Source: Macrostomum lignano (taxonomy: Eukaryota). Taken from it: 64,000 nucleotides of DNA. A model generated the notes under the pieces. The model was given only the letters and a program-made list of their open reading frames with translations, searched no databases and was not told where the DNA came from. Numbering within the stretch: the stretch's first letter is position 1; each line of letters starts with the position of its first letter. Made by a program: the position numbers and the translations under genes. Location of the stretch: positions 1 to 64,000 of the forward strand of contig NIVC01000958.1 of assembly GCA_002269645.1 (NCBI GenBank), written 5' to 3'. Of this stretch, positions 46,340 through 59,067 are shown one piece after another.

Positions 46340-46640
46340 ACATCAAACGGATAGGTGAGCCTGTCATGAGTAAAGGCGGGGCATTCACAGATGAAGTGCT
46401 CCGGATTCTGAACGCGGTGAGAGGCCAGAATGGGCAAACCAAACTGTAGATTTTTACCTGGAGGTAGTTATACCCGGCTAAACAGCCATGACCCGAGAGG
46501 GCCAAGGTGACCTCCCTGATGTCCGTGTGGTAGAGGCCTTGCATGTCCTTCAAAAGGGCAGGAGAGGGACATGGGACAGCCGCGTGGGATTGCTGGCAGT
46601 CGGGGGTGCGAGCCTACTTCTCTCTGTTCTTAAAAGCCAC
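46340..46640 (-). mobile_element. Degenerate non-LTR retrotransposon ORF2 C-terminus (I/Loa/R1-like zinc-knuckle region)
   Basis: [47 protein letters not shown]...CPFW / [16 protein letters not shown] resembles the W..CRQ...LTGH...CxxC...EHxxCxCPA..R pattern, with a stop and a frameshift. Confidence 0.6.
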
Positions 46641-47310
46641 CTTTGGTGCTTGGACATGGCTCTGTAAGGGTAGAAGAGGAGCTTTGGACATGGCTCTGTG
46701 GGGGTAGAAGAGGAGCTTTGAACATGGCTCTGTGGGGGGTAGAAGATGAGCTTTGAACATGGCTCTGTGGGGGTAGAAGAGGAGCTTTGGAAACTGAGAA
46801 TAGAAGAGGAGCTTTGGAAACTGAGAATAGAAGAGGAGCTTTGGAAACTGAGAATAGAAGAGGAGCTTTGGAAACTGAGAATAGAAGAGGAGCTTTGGAA
46901 ACTGAGAATAGAAGAGGAGCTTTGGACACTGAGAATAGAAGAGGAGCTTTGGAAACTGAGAATAGAAGAGGAGCTTTGGACACTGAGAATAGAAGAGGAG
47001 CTTTGGACACTGAGAATAGATGAGGATCTTTGGACACTGATAATAGAAGAGGAGCTTTGGACACTGAGAATAGAAGAGGAGCTTTGGACACTGAGAATAG
47101 AAGAGGAGCTTTGGACACTGAGAATAGAAGAGGAGCTTTGGAAACTGAGAATAGAAGAGGAGCTTTGGACACTGAGAATAGAAGAGGAGCTTTGGACACT
47201 GAGAATAGATGAGGATCTTTGGACACTGATAATAGAAGAGGAGCTTTGGACACTGAGAATAGAAGAGGAGCTTTTGATATCGCTCTGTGGGGGTAGAAGA
47301 GGTGCTTTGG
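46630..47310. repeat. 27-bp minisatellite
   Basis: (ctgagaatagaagaggagctttggaca)n. Confidence 0.95.
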
Positions 47311-48652
47311 ACGGAAACACAAGTAATTTCTGAAGAGAATTCAGCCCTCGTACTAGATGATGAGAATTGAAGCTGCTTCAATCCATTCACTTTTTGCCAG
47401 GAGAATCAATATTCAGAATTGATGAGTGATAAATCCGCAAGTTAGAAGCAGATATGGCAACTCAATTTCCTGCACAACCTTCTGTCGCTTCCACAAAGAT
47501 GAGGAAGCATCTTCCTCTTCCGCTGTACATCCTGTGTAAGTGTCTTTAGGCAGACGGATCCGTGTGCCTGCTTAGGGGTCAGCGAAGTAGGTCTGACTGC
47601 TTGTCAGCTTGCTGTCGACTTGATTTGATGTTTTTTACATTTTGTGCACCAGATCAACAATTCAATCAAATAAACCCTTTTGCAATGCTGTAATGTTTTT
47701 ACAATACGAGTGATCAAATACCAACTGAAAGGCACATTTGCAGGAATAAAAATTCGAATTTAGTAAATGAAAAAGGCGACATAATCAGGTGAAGTCGGCA
47801 TGCTCTGAAGTATACTTGAGTTCGATTAGAGCACCGAAAGTCTTGGGAGCTTATGATAAAACTATTATAGGCTGACGATATTGCGGCATTGCAGTCATGT
47901 ACTTTAAAAGTAAATGAATAATCAATACAGGCTAATATTAGTAGTGATTTTAGCCGCTTCTGGCCGTTTCACATTTCACTTTGCAGTAAAATGACAATTT
48001 CACACAGATCTATCTACACAGATCGACAAAGAATGGCTGCTACTGCAAGTCCTCTAACCTTTGAAACTTCTCACAATAGCAATCCGGCCCGCTAAGGTTT
48101 GTGTCTTTTCAAGCCCTCTTTTCTCTAGTGAGTCTAATCTCATCTCCCTTCTATTGTCTCTCCTCTCCCTTTTCTTCCTTCTCTACTCTCTCTCTCCTAT
48201 TTTATCTCTGCTCTCCTCACCTACCATTTCATCTCTTCTCCTTTATTCCTTGCCTCTGTTGTCTCCTCTCTCTTTTCTATTTCCTCTCCTCTCTCCCCTG
48301 CCTGGCCCGAAGTCATGCGCTGGGTTCTCTATCTGGCCATTGAGGTAGAAAAGGTTTGCTGACCCCTGGTACACACGAACCCATTAGAAAGCATTCCAAA
48401 TAGCATTCCCAAAATACTAAAAGGAGGCTATATAATAAAAATGGCCGGAAATTTGCTTTTCTGCGAGTCTCCCCACAGATTTCCGAGTACAATATCCTTC
48501 TACTTTACTTGACCATCTGGAGAAACATGAAATATTTCCTTTTCATCTTTTTCTGGTATTTATCGGAATATAACAAATACGATCCCCCAGAAAGAATTTC
48601 TGGAGGACCCTCTCTAACTTTAGCAGTTCTTGAAGCCACAGTCAATCGAGTT

Positions 48653-51600
48653 CTATTCAAAGTGATTCACTCGAATGGTGATCTCCCAGTACTCGTCTGG
48701 ATCTTCATAGTAGGTGTCGTCCTGGCTTGGATTTCGCAGCTGCAGGGCACGCTGGCTTTCCAGCATCAGGTCAGCCGGTGAAGTCTGCTGCACTTGAGCC
48801 TGGGCCACCACCCAAGCTGCCGTTAATTCTTTCTGGAATAATTAATTGCACAGAGAGACAAAACGAAAATTGATTTTCTATCGTGCCTGTCCTGTATTCT
48901 AGCATACTATAAATAAGAAAGTTAAACCTTCTAAACAACCGTGTAAATAGTTTTAGCAGTATAACACTTTACTGTTGTTAACTTCATTGCCAAGACTTTT
49001 TACTCAAGTCAGACAGGTAGCAAAGATACTAAACTATTTACCAAGGCTAATAAACAGACGTAGCATTTATCAAGATTTGAAATACATCGTCAGTAAATCA
49101 CTTGAGAAACTTCGCCCCACCCCTTCACCTGCACGTGAACACGGTATGACTGCACTTTCATCTGGTGACAATTTTGAATACTAAAATAAAGCTGAAGTTC
49201 ATCATTGTGATAAACTTACTGTCTGACTAAATTCGGTTTGGTACAGTATTAAGGATGCATGGCTTTCTACATAAATCTATGAGATTTTAGCATTAAGAGC
49301 CGCATCAAATAATGACAAAATACTCTTGAAAGCCATTAGAAGAGGATTCTTAGAGTCATGTCAGATAAGTTTATAAATGAACAAGACTGATTTAAACTTC
49401 TCACTGAGTGTCTTATAGGCGTTAGCGATGACAAGCCTTTACGCTTGTGCTCATTAAAACTGGCTGGCGTACCTGTCCATTGACTTGAGCCTGACCAGCA
49501 CAGCGTCCTGCTCGCGGTGTTGGCTGGCAGAAGCTTCCTGTCGAGTTTGGCACATTTCTGAACCACAGGTAGACACCGGTGGCACCCACCATGAGTACTC
49601 CGATCACCAGGGTCACAACTCGGAAAATGAACACCACTTGAGTTCGCTTAGAAGCGTTCGGGTCCGATTCGCTGCTGGCTTCAGGTTTCAGGGTCAACAG
49701 AAACGCTTCAGAGCGGCTGATGTTGTAAACTGCTGTTCCTCGAAACGTCTGCCTTCCGCTACACTGGATTCCCACAAAGATGCTGCTCCATAGCAGCGCC
49801 AGAGGAATCTTTGCGAGCTCCCACCGCTGAGTTGACTTTTGCTTCATGTTCTGCGCGCTTGTGTTGCCACCAAAGTCAGCTGTGCACTGCACTGAAACAT
49901 TCCATCCGGAATCTGCTTTTGTGACCATGACGGACATGTTTCTGTCGTTCAACTCTGGTGCAGATATTTTTAGGCTTGTTTTGTCTAAAATGGCGGTCAC
50001 ACATCCATCTGACAATGAGCTTCAAGTCATCGAATGTACATAGAATCAGTGAGCTCACAGATAACTGCAGGCAGTTGATTGGCGCTGGTCTCTACGTCTG
50101 GGTACTCGACTCCTGACTGGTTGACCTGGCAGCGCACCAGCCAGCGGCTCCGGGCCATCCACCGTCTCACCCGCAGCTGGTGCTCGCTGCTGAAGTCCAT
50201 GCTCTGAGGATGGATGAGAAAGATTGCTACATTTACCTTCAACTCAAGTTTAGTATTTTCAACTACGTAACTACAGAACATTATTATGCATAACACGAAG
50301 TACAACAATACTGGTACTTCATTAAAAATAGTTGACTTTTTAGATTTCCTCTAACCAGAAACTGCAGCTTCCGGGAAAGCAGTCAGTACAACGCAAACCG
50401 AGTCATAAAATTCACCTGAACTTTCTTGAGCAGCTGGGAGAATGGAACTGCCGAGTTGATTAACCAGCAGCTGTGGCTGACGGGCCAGAAGCTGCAACTG
50501 TCTGACCTGACCCTGACTGTCCTGACCTCGTGCTCGCGCCAGAACTCGGCCTGCTCAAACTCAATCCGCGTCACGCAGGGCTCTGTAGAGAAAATACATT
50601 GGAACTTTGCACTGGGTAACGTACCAGGTAGTCTGGATTGTTTCTCTCATTGGCTTACCGCTAATAGCTGTGATGCTGTGGCGTTTCACTACCGAGAAAA
50701 CACTTCCAGTTGTTGCAAAACTTTCTTTGCAATTAATGTAATTAGCCTTCATCCACTTCGACACTGTGAAGGTAAACGTCGACTTCACAGAAAAGACAGG
50801 CAGGTTTTCCGAGTTCAAAGTGATCTTCCTTTCCTGCGAATTCGATAGTGAGTGAGAGAATGTGAAACACAATGCAGGATAAATCTGCCAAGCAGAACTT
50901 TGGTTGCTTACAATGGCTGCAGCTGTCAGAACCTCAGCCTGTGATGAAGGTGCATTCGAACTGCTAGCTCCGATCCAGCACACGTGTCGCGGCTCCGGAG
51001 AAGATTCTGTGGTGATGAAGCTGACGGAAGCTGTTCTTCCGGACACCAACACAGCGGGAGGCGAAATGTCTGACTGAATTGGCGGAACTGAAAGGCGAAT
51101 TTCTGGTCTCGTATTACAGAGCGGCTTTAGTGGCTCCAATAAAACATTGTGAGCTGAACTCACTTCTCAATAGCAGCATTCGCTCAAGTCTTGCTTCTTG
51201 TTGATGTCCTCGACTGCAGCTGAGCAGTGCGCCCTGATGCTCCAAGCTCGATTTGAATTCAAACATTTGCTGACATTCTTCATGGATCGTTCGCAACTAC
51301 AATGCCAGAATTTCTCTCTAATCAGAATTATACCAAATCAAAATTGATACTCATGCAAACCTACATATTTGACCCTGAATTGTTTTCCATTGCGGTTCCG
51401 TATGCTGCAGTTAAGCCTTGAGCTGGTGGTTTTTAAGCCACAGTCCCGCACGGAAAAGCAGATGGGATCGCCGACAGAAGATTTTCCGATGTTGTCCAGA
51501 CTGGCGCACATGGGAGTGTCAACGTCAAGCAGCTGCAGACAGGCAAGTCGACCTGAAAAAGGTGCGATTTGACTACAGAACTCCAGACCAGAATCAATAA

Positions 51601-52686
51601 TTTGAGCGCATTTACCTGTCAGGTTGAGTGCAGACCACTGCAGGTCGCCTGAGCTGTTCTTCAGAAGAATGAAGGACACTGGGACCTGCTATTCAAGTTT
51701 GATAGCATTGGTCTTCTGAAGGCATTAACTAATATCTTAATGCATGCAAAATAAGACAACAGGTCTGTGGTGACTACCTGGACATTGAGCTGCCTCCACC
51801 GGTCGCTGCTGCCGTAGGTCTCCCAGCTGGCGTCGCACGGATTCTCCAGCTGCAGCTCCAGCGGGAGGCTCGAGGCTCCGACCGCTGACACGGGCGAGCC
51901 GACCGGAGCTGCTGCGAGCCACTGGCCATCTGCAACACGAGTGCTTGGCTGCTAGCTGGTCTCACACTGTCTCAGAGTGCTAATTAGATGCTAGCTGGTC
52001 TCACACTGTCTCAGAGTGCTAATTAGATGCTAGCTGGTCTCACACTGTCTCAGAGTGCTAATTAGAAGCTAGCTGGTCTGACACTGTCTCAGAGTGCTAA
52101 TTAGATGCTAGCTGGTCTCACACTGTCTCAGAGTGCTAATTAGATGCTAGCTGGTCTCACACTGTCTCAGAGTGCTAATTAGATGCTAGCTGGTCTCACA
52201 CTGTCTCAGAATGCTAATTAGATGCTAGCTGGTCTCACACTGTCTCACACTCTGTGTCCCAGACTCCCTCTGCCTCATCATGCTTCATGAGAATGAGTCG
52301 GTCAGCGTCACTCACCCCAGTCTCGCACGCTCACCGCCTCCAGCATCATCGGCTGCCTCAGCTGCATCACAAGCCACTGATGCCCGGACCGCACAACAGC
52401 AGGGAATCGGTTTGTCTCTGACTGCCGACTCTCCCACCAACGGCAGTGCGCACCGCTGGGTTGCCAGGTGCGCAGAACGTCAGCCCTGCTCAGCTGCACT
52501 GTCACTGCAACATGTTTGACTCAGCTTTCAGTATCTGTGGTTTTCGATTAAAGTTTTTCAAAACCTGCATATTCTGACAGAGATCATCAGCTCACCTTTA
52601 TGTTTTGCGTCAGTGCATTGGGCTTCTGCGCTAGAGACCTGAAGGCTCAGCAGCGCCGGCAGAAGCAGCCAAATCTGCTGCTTCAT
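48653..52686 (-). CDS. Type I membrane receptor, copy 2 (premature TAG at 51691-51689; possible pseudogene)
   Basis: Same exon structure; ATG 52686; TM exon from 50008 (VVFIFRVVTLVIGVLMVGATGVYLWF); candidate terminal exon 48832-48653 with DDTYYEDPDEYWEIT. The TGG(W) codon of copies 1 and 3 is TAG here. Confidence 0.75.
51952..52245. repeat. 39-bp intronic VNTR of the receptor genes (also 43685-43785 and 63442-63615)
   Basis: (gctagctggtctcacactgtctcagagtgctaattagat)n with about 2.5, 7.5 and 4.5 units in copies 1, 2 and 3. Confidence 0.9.
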
Positions 52687-53183
52687 GTTAGCGAAGGAGT
52701 GTCCCAGCGACCAATGTTGTCAGAGTTAAATTTATAGCTGTAAAAATCTCAGATAATTGACCGCAGTTCATGCCACCAGTTAGGTGCAAGGTAAACAAAC
52801 TTCAAACTGATTGATGCAATGAACTGCGAAACTGTACACTTGTGTTCACGCACAGATGTTTTTACCCTGCTTTTAGGAGCGATGTTTCTAACCAGCTTTG
52901 CCTCCTTCGTTTATGATTTATCATTTAAAAATGAAAATCTCAAGTCCTAGCTGAGACATCTGCTTTTTCTATGAGGATTTATGGGTTAAAAAGCGCTTGG
53001 GACGTATGAACGTAGCACTGTGAGGGTAGAATATGTTTTCTTTGGACATGACTTACTTGACTCGGCTGCAGGGCATTTCGGGTAGCAGGATACAGCGGGG
53101 TTGTTGTGGTTGTGCTGCTGTGTCGCGCAGGGAGATCCGGTGGTGCTGTTTTCCGCATTGCGGCCCCCTTCTGGAGAGTCCAA

Positions 53184-55390
53184 CAGGGGCTTAGCCAGAG
53201 GGGGGCAAGGGGAACCGTGGCCCCCCCAATCACCAACTCTGGCCTTGGCACCCCCCCCCCCTAAAAGAAACTGCCCCCCCCCCTATAAGAAACTGCCCCC
53301 CCCTAAAAAAACTGCCCCCCCCTATAAGAAACTGGCGTCCCCCGAAAAAGAAACTGGCGCCCCCCCCCCCTATAAGAAACTGCCCCCCCCCTAAAAGAAA
53401 CTGCATGGCGCCCCACTAAAAAAAACTGGCGCCCCCTTCCTAAAAGAAACTGGCGCCTCCTATAAGAAACTGGCGCCCCCCTAAAAGAAACTGGCGCCTC
53501 CTATAAGAAACTGGCGCCCCCTAAAAGAAACTGGCGCCCCCTCCTAAAGGAAACTGGCGCCTTCTATAAGAAACTGGCGCCCCCCCCAAAAGAAACTGGC
53601 GCCCCCCCTATAAGAAACTGCCCCCCCCAAAAGAAACTGGCGCCCCCCTAAAAGAAACTGGCGCCCCCCCCTAAAAGAAACTGCCCCCCCCTATAAGAAA
53701 CTGCCCCCCCCCCTAAAAAAAACTGCCCCCCCCCCCTATAAGAAACTGGCGTCCCCCCAAAAAGAAACTGGCGCCCCCCCCCCTATAAGAAACTGCCCCC
53801 CCCTAAAAGAAACTGCATGGCGCCCCCACTAAAAAAAACTGGCGCCCCCTTCCTAAAAGAAACTGGCGCCTCCTATAAGAAACTGGCGCCCCCCCTAAAA
53901 GAAACTGGCGCCCCCTCCTAAAGGAAACTGGCGCCTTCTATAAGAAACTGGCGCCCCCCCAAAAGAAACTGGCGCCCCCCTATAAGAAACTGCCCCCCCC
54001 AAAAGAAACTGGCGCCCCCCCCTAAAAGAAACTGGCGCCCCCCCCCTAAAAGAAACTGGCGTCCCCCCAAAAAGAAACTGGCGCCCCCCCCTATAAGAAA
54101 CTGCCCCCCCCTAAAAGAAACTGCATGGCGCCCCCACTAAAAAAAACTGGCGCCCCCTTCCTAAAAGAAACTGGCGCCTCCTATAAGAAACTGGCGCCCC
54201 CCTAAAAGAAACTGGCGCCTCCTATAAGAAACTGGCGGCCCCCTAAAAGAAACTGGCGCCCCCTCCTAAAGGAAACTGGCGCCTTCTATAAGAAACTGGC
54301 GCCCCCCCCAAAAGAAACTGGCGCCCCCCCTATAAGAAACTGCCCCCCCCAAAAGAAACTGGCGCCCCCCCTAAAAGAAACTGGCGCCCCCCCCCCTAAA
54401 AGAAACTGCCCCCCCCCCCTATAAGAAACTGCCCCCCCCCCCTAAAAAAACTGCCCCCCCCCTATAAGAAACTGGCGTCCCCCCAAAAAGAAACTGGCGC
54501 CCCCCCTATAAGAAACTGCCCCCCCTAAAAGAAACTGCATGGCGCCCCCACTAAAAAAAACTGGCGCCCCCTTCCTAAAAGAAACTGGCGCCTCCTATAA
54601 GAAACTGGCGCCCCCCTAAAAGAAACTGGCGCCCCCTCCTAAAGGAAACTGGCGCCTTCTATAAGAAACTGGCGCCCCCCCCAAAAGAAACTGGCGCCCC
54701 CCCTATAAGAAACTGCCCCCCCCCCCTAAAAGAAACTGGCGCCCCCCCCTAAAAGAAACTGGCGCCCCCCCCTTTAAGAAACTGGCACCCCCCCAAAAGA
54801 AACTGGCGCCCCCCCCCCTATAAGAAACTCTCCCCCCTAAAGAAACTGCATAGCGCCCCCCCACTAAAAGAAACTGGCGCCCCCCCCCCTATAAGAAACT
54901 GGCGCCCCCCCCCCAAAAGAAACTGGCGCCCCCCTAAAAGAAACTGGCGCCCCCCCTATAAAAACTGCCCCCCCCCTAAAAGAAACTGGCGCCCTCTTCC
55001 TAAAAGAAACTGGCGCCCCCACCCCCCTATAAGAAACTGCCCCCCCCTAAAAGAAACTGCATGGCGCCCCCCACTAAAAGAAACTGACGCCCCCTTCCTA
55101 AAAGAAACTGGCGCCCCCCTATAAGAAGCTGGTGCCTCCCTCCTAAAACTGGCGCCCCATAAAAGAAACTGGCGGCCCCTAAAAGAAACTGGCGCCCCCT
55201 AAAAGAAACTGGCGCCCCCTAAAAGAAACTGGCGCCCCCCCTAGAAGAAGCTGGCGCCCCCCTAGAAGAAGCTGGCGCCCCCCTCCTAAAACTGGCGGCC
55301 CCCCTAAAAGAAACTGGCGCCCCCCTATAAAAAAGCTTGCGCCCCCTAACTCACGCCCCCCCCCAATTAAAATTCCTGGCTACGCCCCTG
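53184..55390. mobile_element. hAT-type MITE (duplicated copy 2, longer internal array)
   Basis: TIR caggggcttagccag / ctggctacgcccctg; same TSD gagtccaa at 53176-53183 and 55391-55398. Confidence 0.9.
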
Positions 55391-55789
55391 GAGTCCAAGA
55401 GGTGTATTTTGGCGCCGCTGGGTTGCGTCACTTTAGATAAGCAATCTACCTAGGCGTTTCCATTGACTGAATCCATAACGGTAACGCAAAAGTAAAGTAC
55501 TCATAGTTCTCGTAGTTACTGTACTCATAGTATGCACTTATTAAGATTTCGTTTTGGGCATGGCACGCTGCCTTTTACTTTGGGTTTCGTAATATAAAAA
55601 TATTATGACAGAAAAACGAGTCGAGAAACTTAGCCTTACCAATTCGCCTTTGACTCCCTACTGCGGCACGACATGGATGGTCGCTCGCCCGGTAGCCTCT
55701 CAGGTAGCAGACAAGCTGGCAGAGATTCTCGGGCCTGAAAACATCTGAAATGTTCCGGTTTCGAACAGAAGTGCGGGAACTATAAACTA

Positions 55790-56095
55790 CCTACATCAAA
55801 CGGATAGGTGAGCCTGTCATGAGTAAAGGCGGGGCATTCACAGATGAAGTGCTCCGGATTCTGAACGCGGTGAGAGGCCAGAATGGGCAAACCAAACTGT
55901 AGATTTTTACCTGGAGGTAGTTATACCCGGCTAAACAGCCATGACCCGAGAGGGCCAAGGTGACCTCCCTGATGTCCGTGTGGTAGAGGCCTTGCATGTC
56001 CTTCAAAAGGGCAGGAGAGGGACATGGGACAGCCGCGTGGGATTGCTGGCAGTCGGGGGTGCGAGCCTACTTCTCTCTGTTCTTAAAAGCCACCT
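55790..56095 (-). mobile_element. Duplicate of the non-LTR retrotransposon fragment
   Basis: Essentially identical to 46340-46640. Confidence 0.6.
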
Positions 56096-57345
56096 TTGGT
56101 GCTTGGACATGGCTCTGTAAGGGTAGAAGAGGAGCTTTGGACATGGCTCTGTGGGGGTAGAAGAGGAGCTTTGAACATGGCTCTGTGGGGGGTAGAAGAT
56201 GAGCTTTGAACATGGCTCTGTGGGGGTAGAAGAGGAGCTTTGGACATGGCTCTGTGGGGGTAGAAGATGACCTTTGGACATGGCCCTGTGGGGGTAGAAG
56301 AGGAGCTTTGGACACTGAGAATAGAAGAGGAGCTTTGGACATTGAGAATAGAAAAGGAGCTTCGGACACTGAGAATAGAAGAGGAGCTTTGGACACTGAG
56401 AATAGAAGAGGAGCTTTGGACACTGAGAATAGAAGAGGAGCTTTGGACACTGAGAATAGAAGAGGAGCTTTGGACATTGAGAATAGAAAAGGAGCTTCGG
56501 ACACTGAGAATAGAAGAGGAGCTTTGGACACTGAGAATAGAAGAGGAGCTTTGGACACTGAGAATAGAAAAGGAGCTTCGGACACTGAGAATAGAAGAGG
56601 AGCTTTGGACACCGAGAATAGAAAAGGAGCTTTGGACACTGAGAATAGAAGAGGAGCTTTGGACACTGAGAATAGAAGAGGAGCTTTGGAAACTGATAAT
56701 AGAAGAGGAGCTTTGGACACTGAGAATAGAAGAGGAGCTTTGGACACTGAGAATAGAAGAGGAGCTTTGGACACTGAGAATAGAAAAGGAGCTTCGGACA
56801 CTGAGAATAGAAGAGGAGCTTTGGACACCGAGAATAGAAGAGGTGCTTCGGACTCTGAGAATAGAAGAGGATCTTTGGACACTGAGAATAGAAGAGGACC
56901 TTTGGACACTGAGAATAGAAGAGGAGCTTTGGACACTGAGAATAGATGAAGATCTTTGGACACTGAGAATAGAAGAGGACCTTTGGACACTGAGAATAGA
57001 AGAGGAGCTTTGGACTCTGAGAATAGAAGAGGATCTTTGGACACTGAGAATAGAAGAGGAGCTTTGGACACTGAGAATAGATGAGGATCTTTGGACACTG
57101 AGAATAGAAGAGGAGCTTCGGACACTGAGAATAGAAGAGGAGCTTTGGACACTGAGAATAGAAGAGGAGCTTTGGACACTGAGAATAGATGAGGATCTTT
57201 GGACACTGAGAATAGAAGAGGAGCTTTGGACACTGAGAATAGATGAGGATCTTTGGACACTGAGAATAGAAGAGGAGCTTTGGACACTGAGAATAGAAGA
57301 GGAGCTTTTGATATCGCTCTGTGGGGGTAGAAGAGGTGCTTTGGA
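56095..57345. repeat. 27-bp minisatellite (expanded paralog of 46630-47310)
   Basis: Same unit, roughly twice as long. Confidence 0.95.
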
Positions 57346-59067
57346 CGGAAACACAAGTAATTTCTGAAGAGAATTCAGCCCTCGTACTAGCTGATGAGAA
57401 TTGAAGCTGCTTCAATCCATTCACTTTTTGCCAGGAGAATCAATATTCAGAATTGATGAGTGAGAAATCCGCAAGTAAGAAGCAGATATGGCAACTCAAT
57501 TTCCTGCACAACCTTCTGTTGCTTCCACAAAGATGAGGCAAGCATCTTCCTCTTCCGCTGTACATCCTGTGTAAGTGTCTTTAGGCAGACGGATCCGTGT
57601 GCCTGCTTAGGGGTCAGCGAAGTAGGTCTGACTGCTTGTCAGCTTGCTGTCGACTTGATTTGATGTTTTTTACATTTTGTGCACCAGATCCCCAATTCAA
57701 TCAAAAAACCCTTTTGCAATGCTGTAATGTATTTATAATACGAGTGATCAAATACCAACTGAGAGGCACATTTGCAGGAATAAAAATTCGAATTTAGTAA
57801 ATGAAAAAGGCGACATAATCAGGTGAAGTCGGCATGCTCTGAAGTATACTTGAGTTCGATTAGAGCACCGAAAGTCTTGTGAGCCTATGATGAAACTATT
57901 ATACGGTGACGATATAGCGACATAACAATCATGTACTTTAAAAATAAATGAGTAATCAATACAGGCTAATATTAGTAGTGATTTTAGCCGCTTTTATCCG
58001 TTTAAAATTTTTTACCTGCAAAATAATGCTGATGGGGAACTGCGCTTAACAAGGATCACGGTTAACAAGGACCACGGTTAACAAGGACCACTAGAAGCAG
58101 AAATAACAGACGCTTTGTTGTTTGGAAGATTTTATAAAGGCTAACAATTCCGAAAAAGCACATAAGAAATGCAAAAGTACAATATAAATATATATACTTT
58201 GCCATTTCCTATTATTTACCTTGTTTTAAGCATGAAAAGATAAGGATTCTGCACACGCGATAGAATCACACACGGCGTAAAAGCCAGAGCTTTTGACTCG
58301 CTACGTGACTCGCTAATCGCGAACTAAATCACTTCATTTGCGAAATTCATTATTGAGATATTGAGTTTTTCGCACTAAAGAGGAACGATGTCACACTTTC
58401 TGAGTTCTTGGTGAACAGATTTTTCTACACAGATTGAAAAAGAATGGCTGTTACTGCAAGTCCTCTAACCTTTGAACTTCTCACAATAGCAATCCGGCCG
58501 GCTCAAGATTTGTGTCTTTTCAAGCTCTGTATTCTCTAATGACTCTAATCTCATCTCTCTTCTAGTCTCTCATCTCTCTACACTCCCTTCTTTTCTTCCT
58601 TTTCTTCTCTCTCTACTCTCTCTCCTATTTTATCTCTGCTCTGCTTCTTTCCATCTCATCTCATCTCTTTTATTCCTCGCCTCTCCTCTCTCCCCTACTC
58701 TGGCTTGCAGTCATGCGCTGGGTTCTCTATGTGGCCACTGAGGTAAAAACAGTTTGCTGACCCCTATTGCAGACAAACCCTTTTGAAAGCATTCCAAATA
58801 GCAAATGTAATTTTGAAAAATAATTACTAAAGAGACGCTATATAATAAAATTAGCCGGAAAATTTGCTTTTCTGCGAGTCTCCCCACAGATTTCCGAGTA
58901 CAATATCCTTCTACTTTACTTGACCATCTGGAGAAACATGAAATATTTCCTTTTCATCTTTTTCTGGCATTTATCGGAATATAACAAATACGATCCTCCA
59001 AAAAGGATTCCTGGAGGACCCTCTCTAACTTTAGCAGTTCTTGAAGCCACAGTCAATCGATTTCTGT

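Noticed and set aside
56003-57424. 366-473-aa ORFs in several frames (also 46550-47390)
   Set aside because: A stop-free 27-bp repeat opens multiple frames on both strands; not protein-like.
57391-57425. Hammerhead ribozyme (CTGATGA followed by the attgaag/cttcaat hairpin)
   Set aside because: No GAAA after stem II, and the paralogous site at ~47357 lacks the CTGATGA core.
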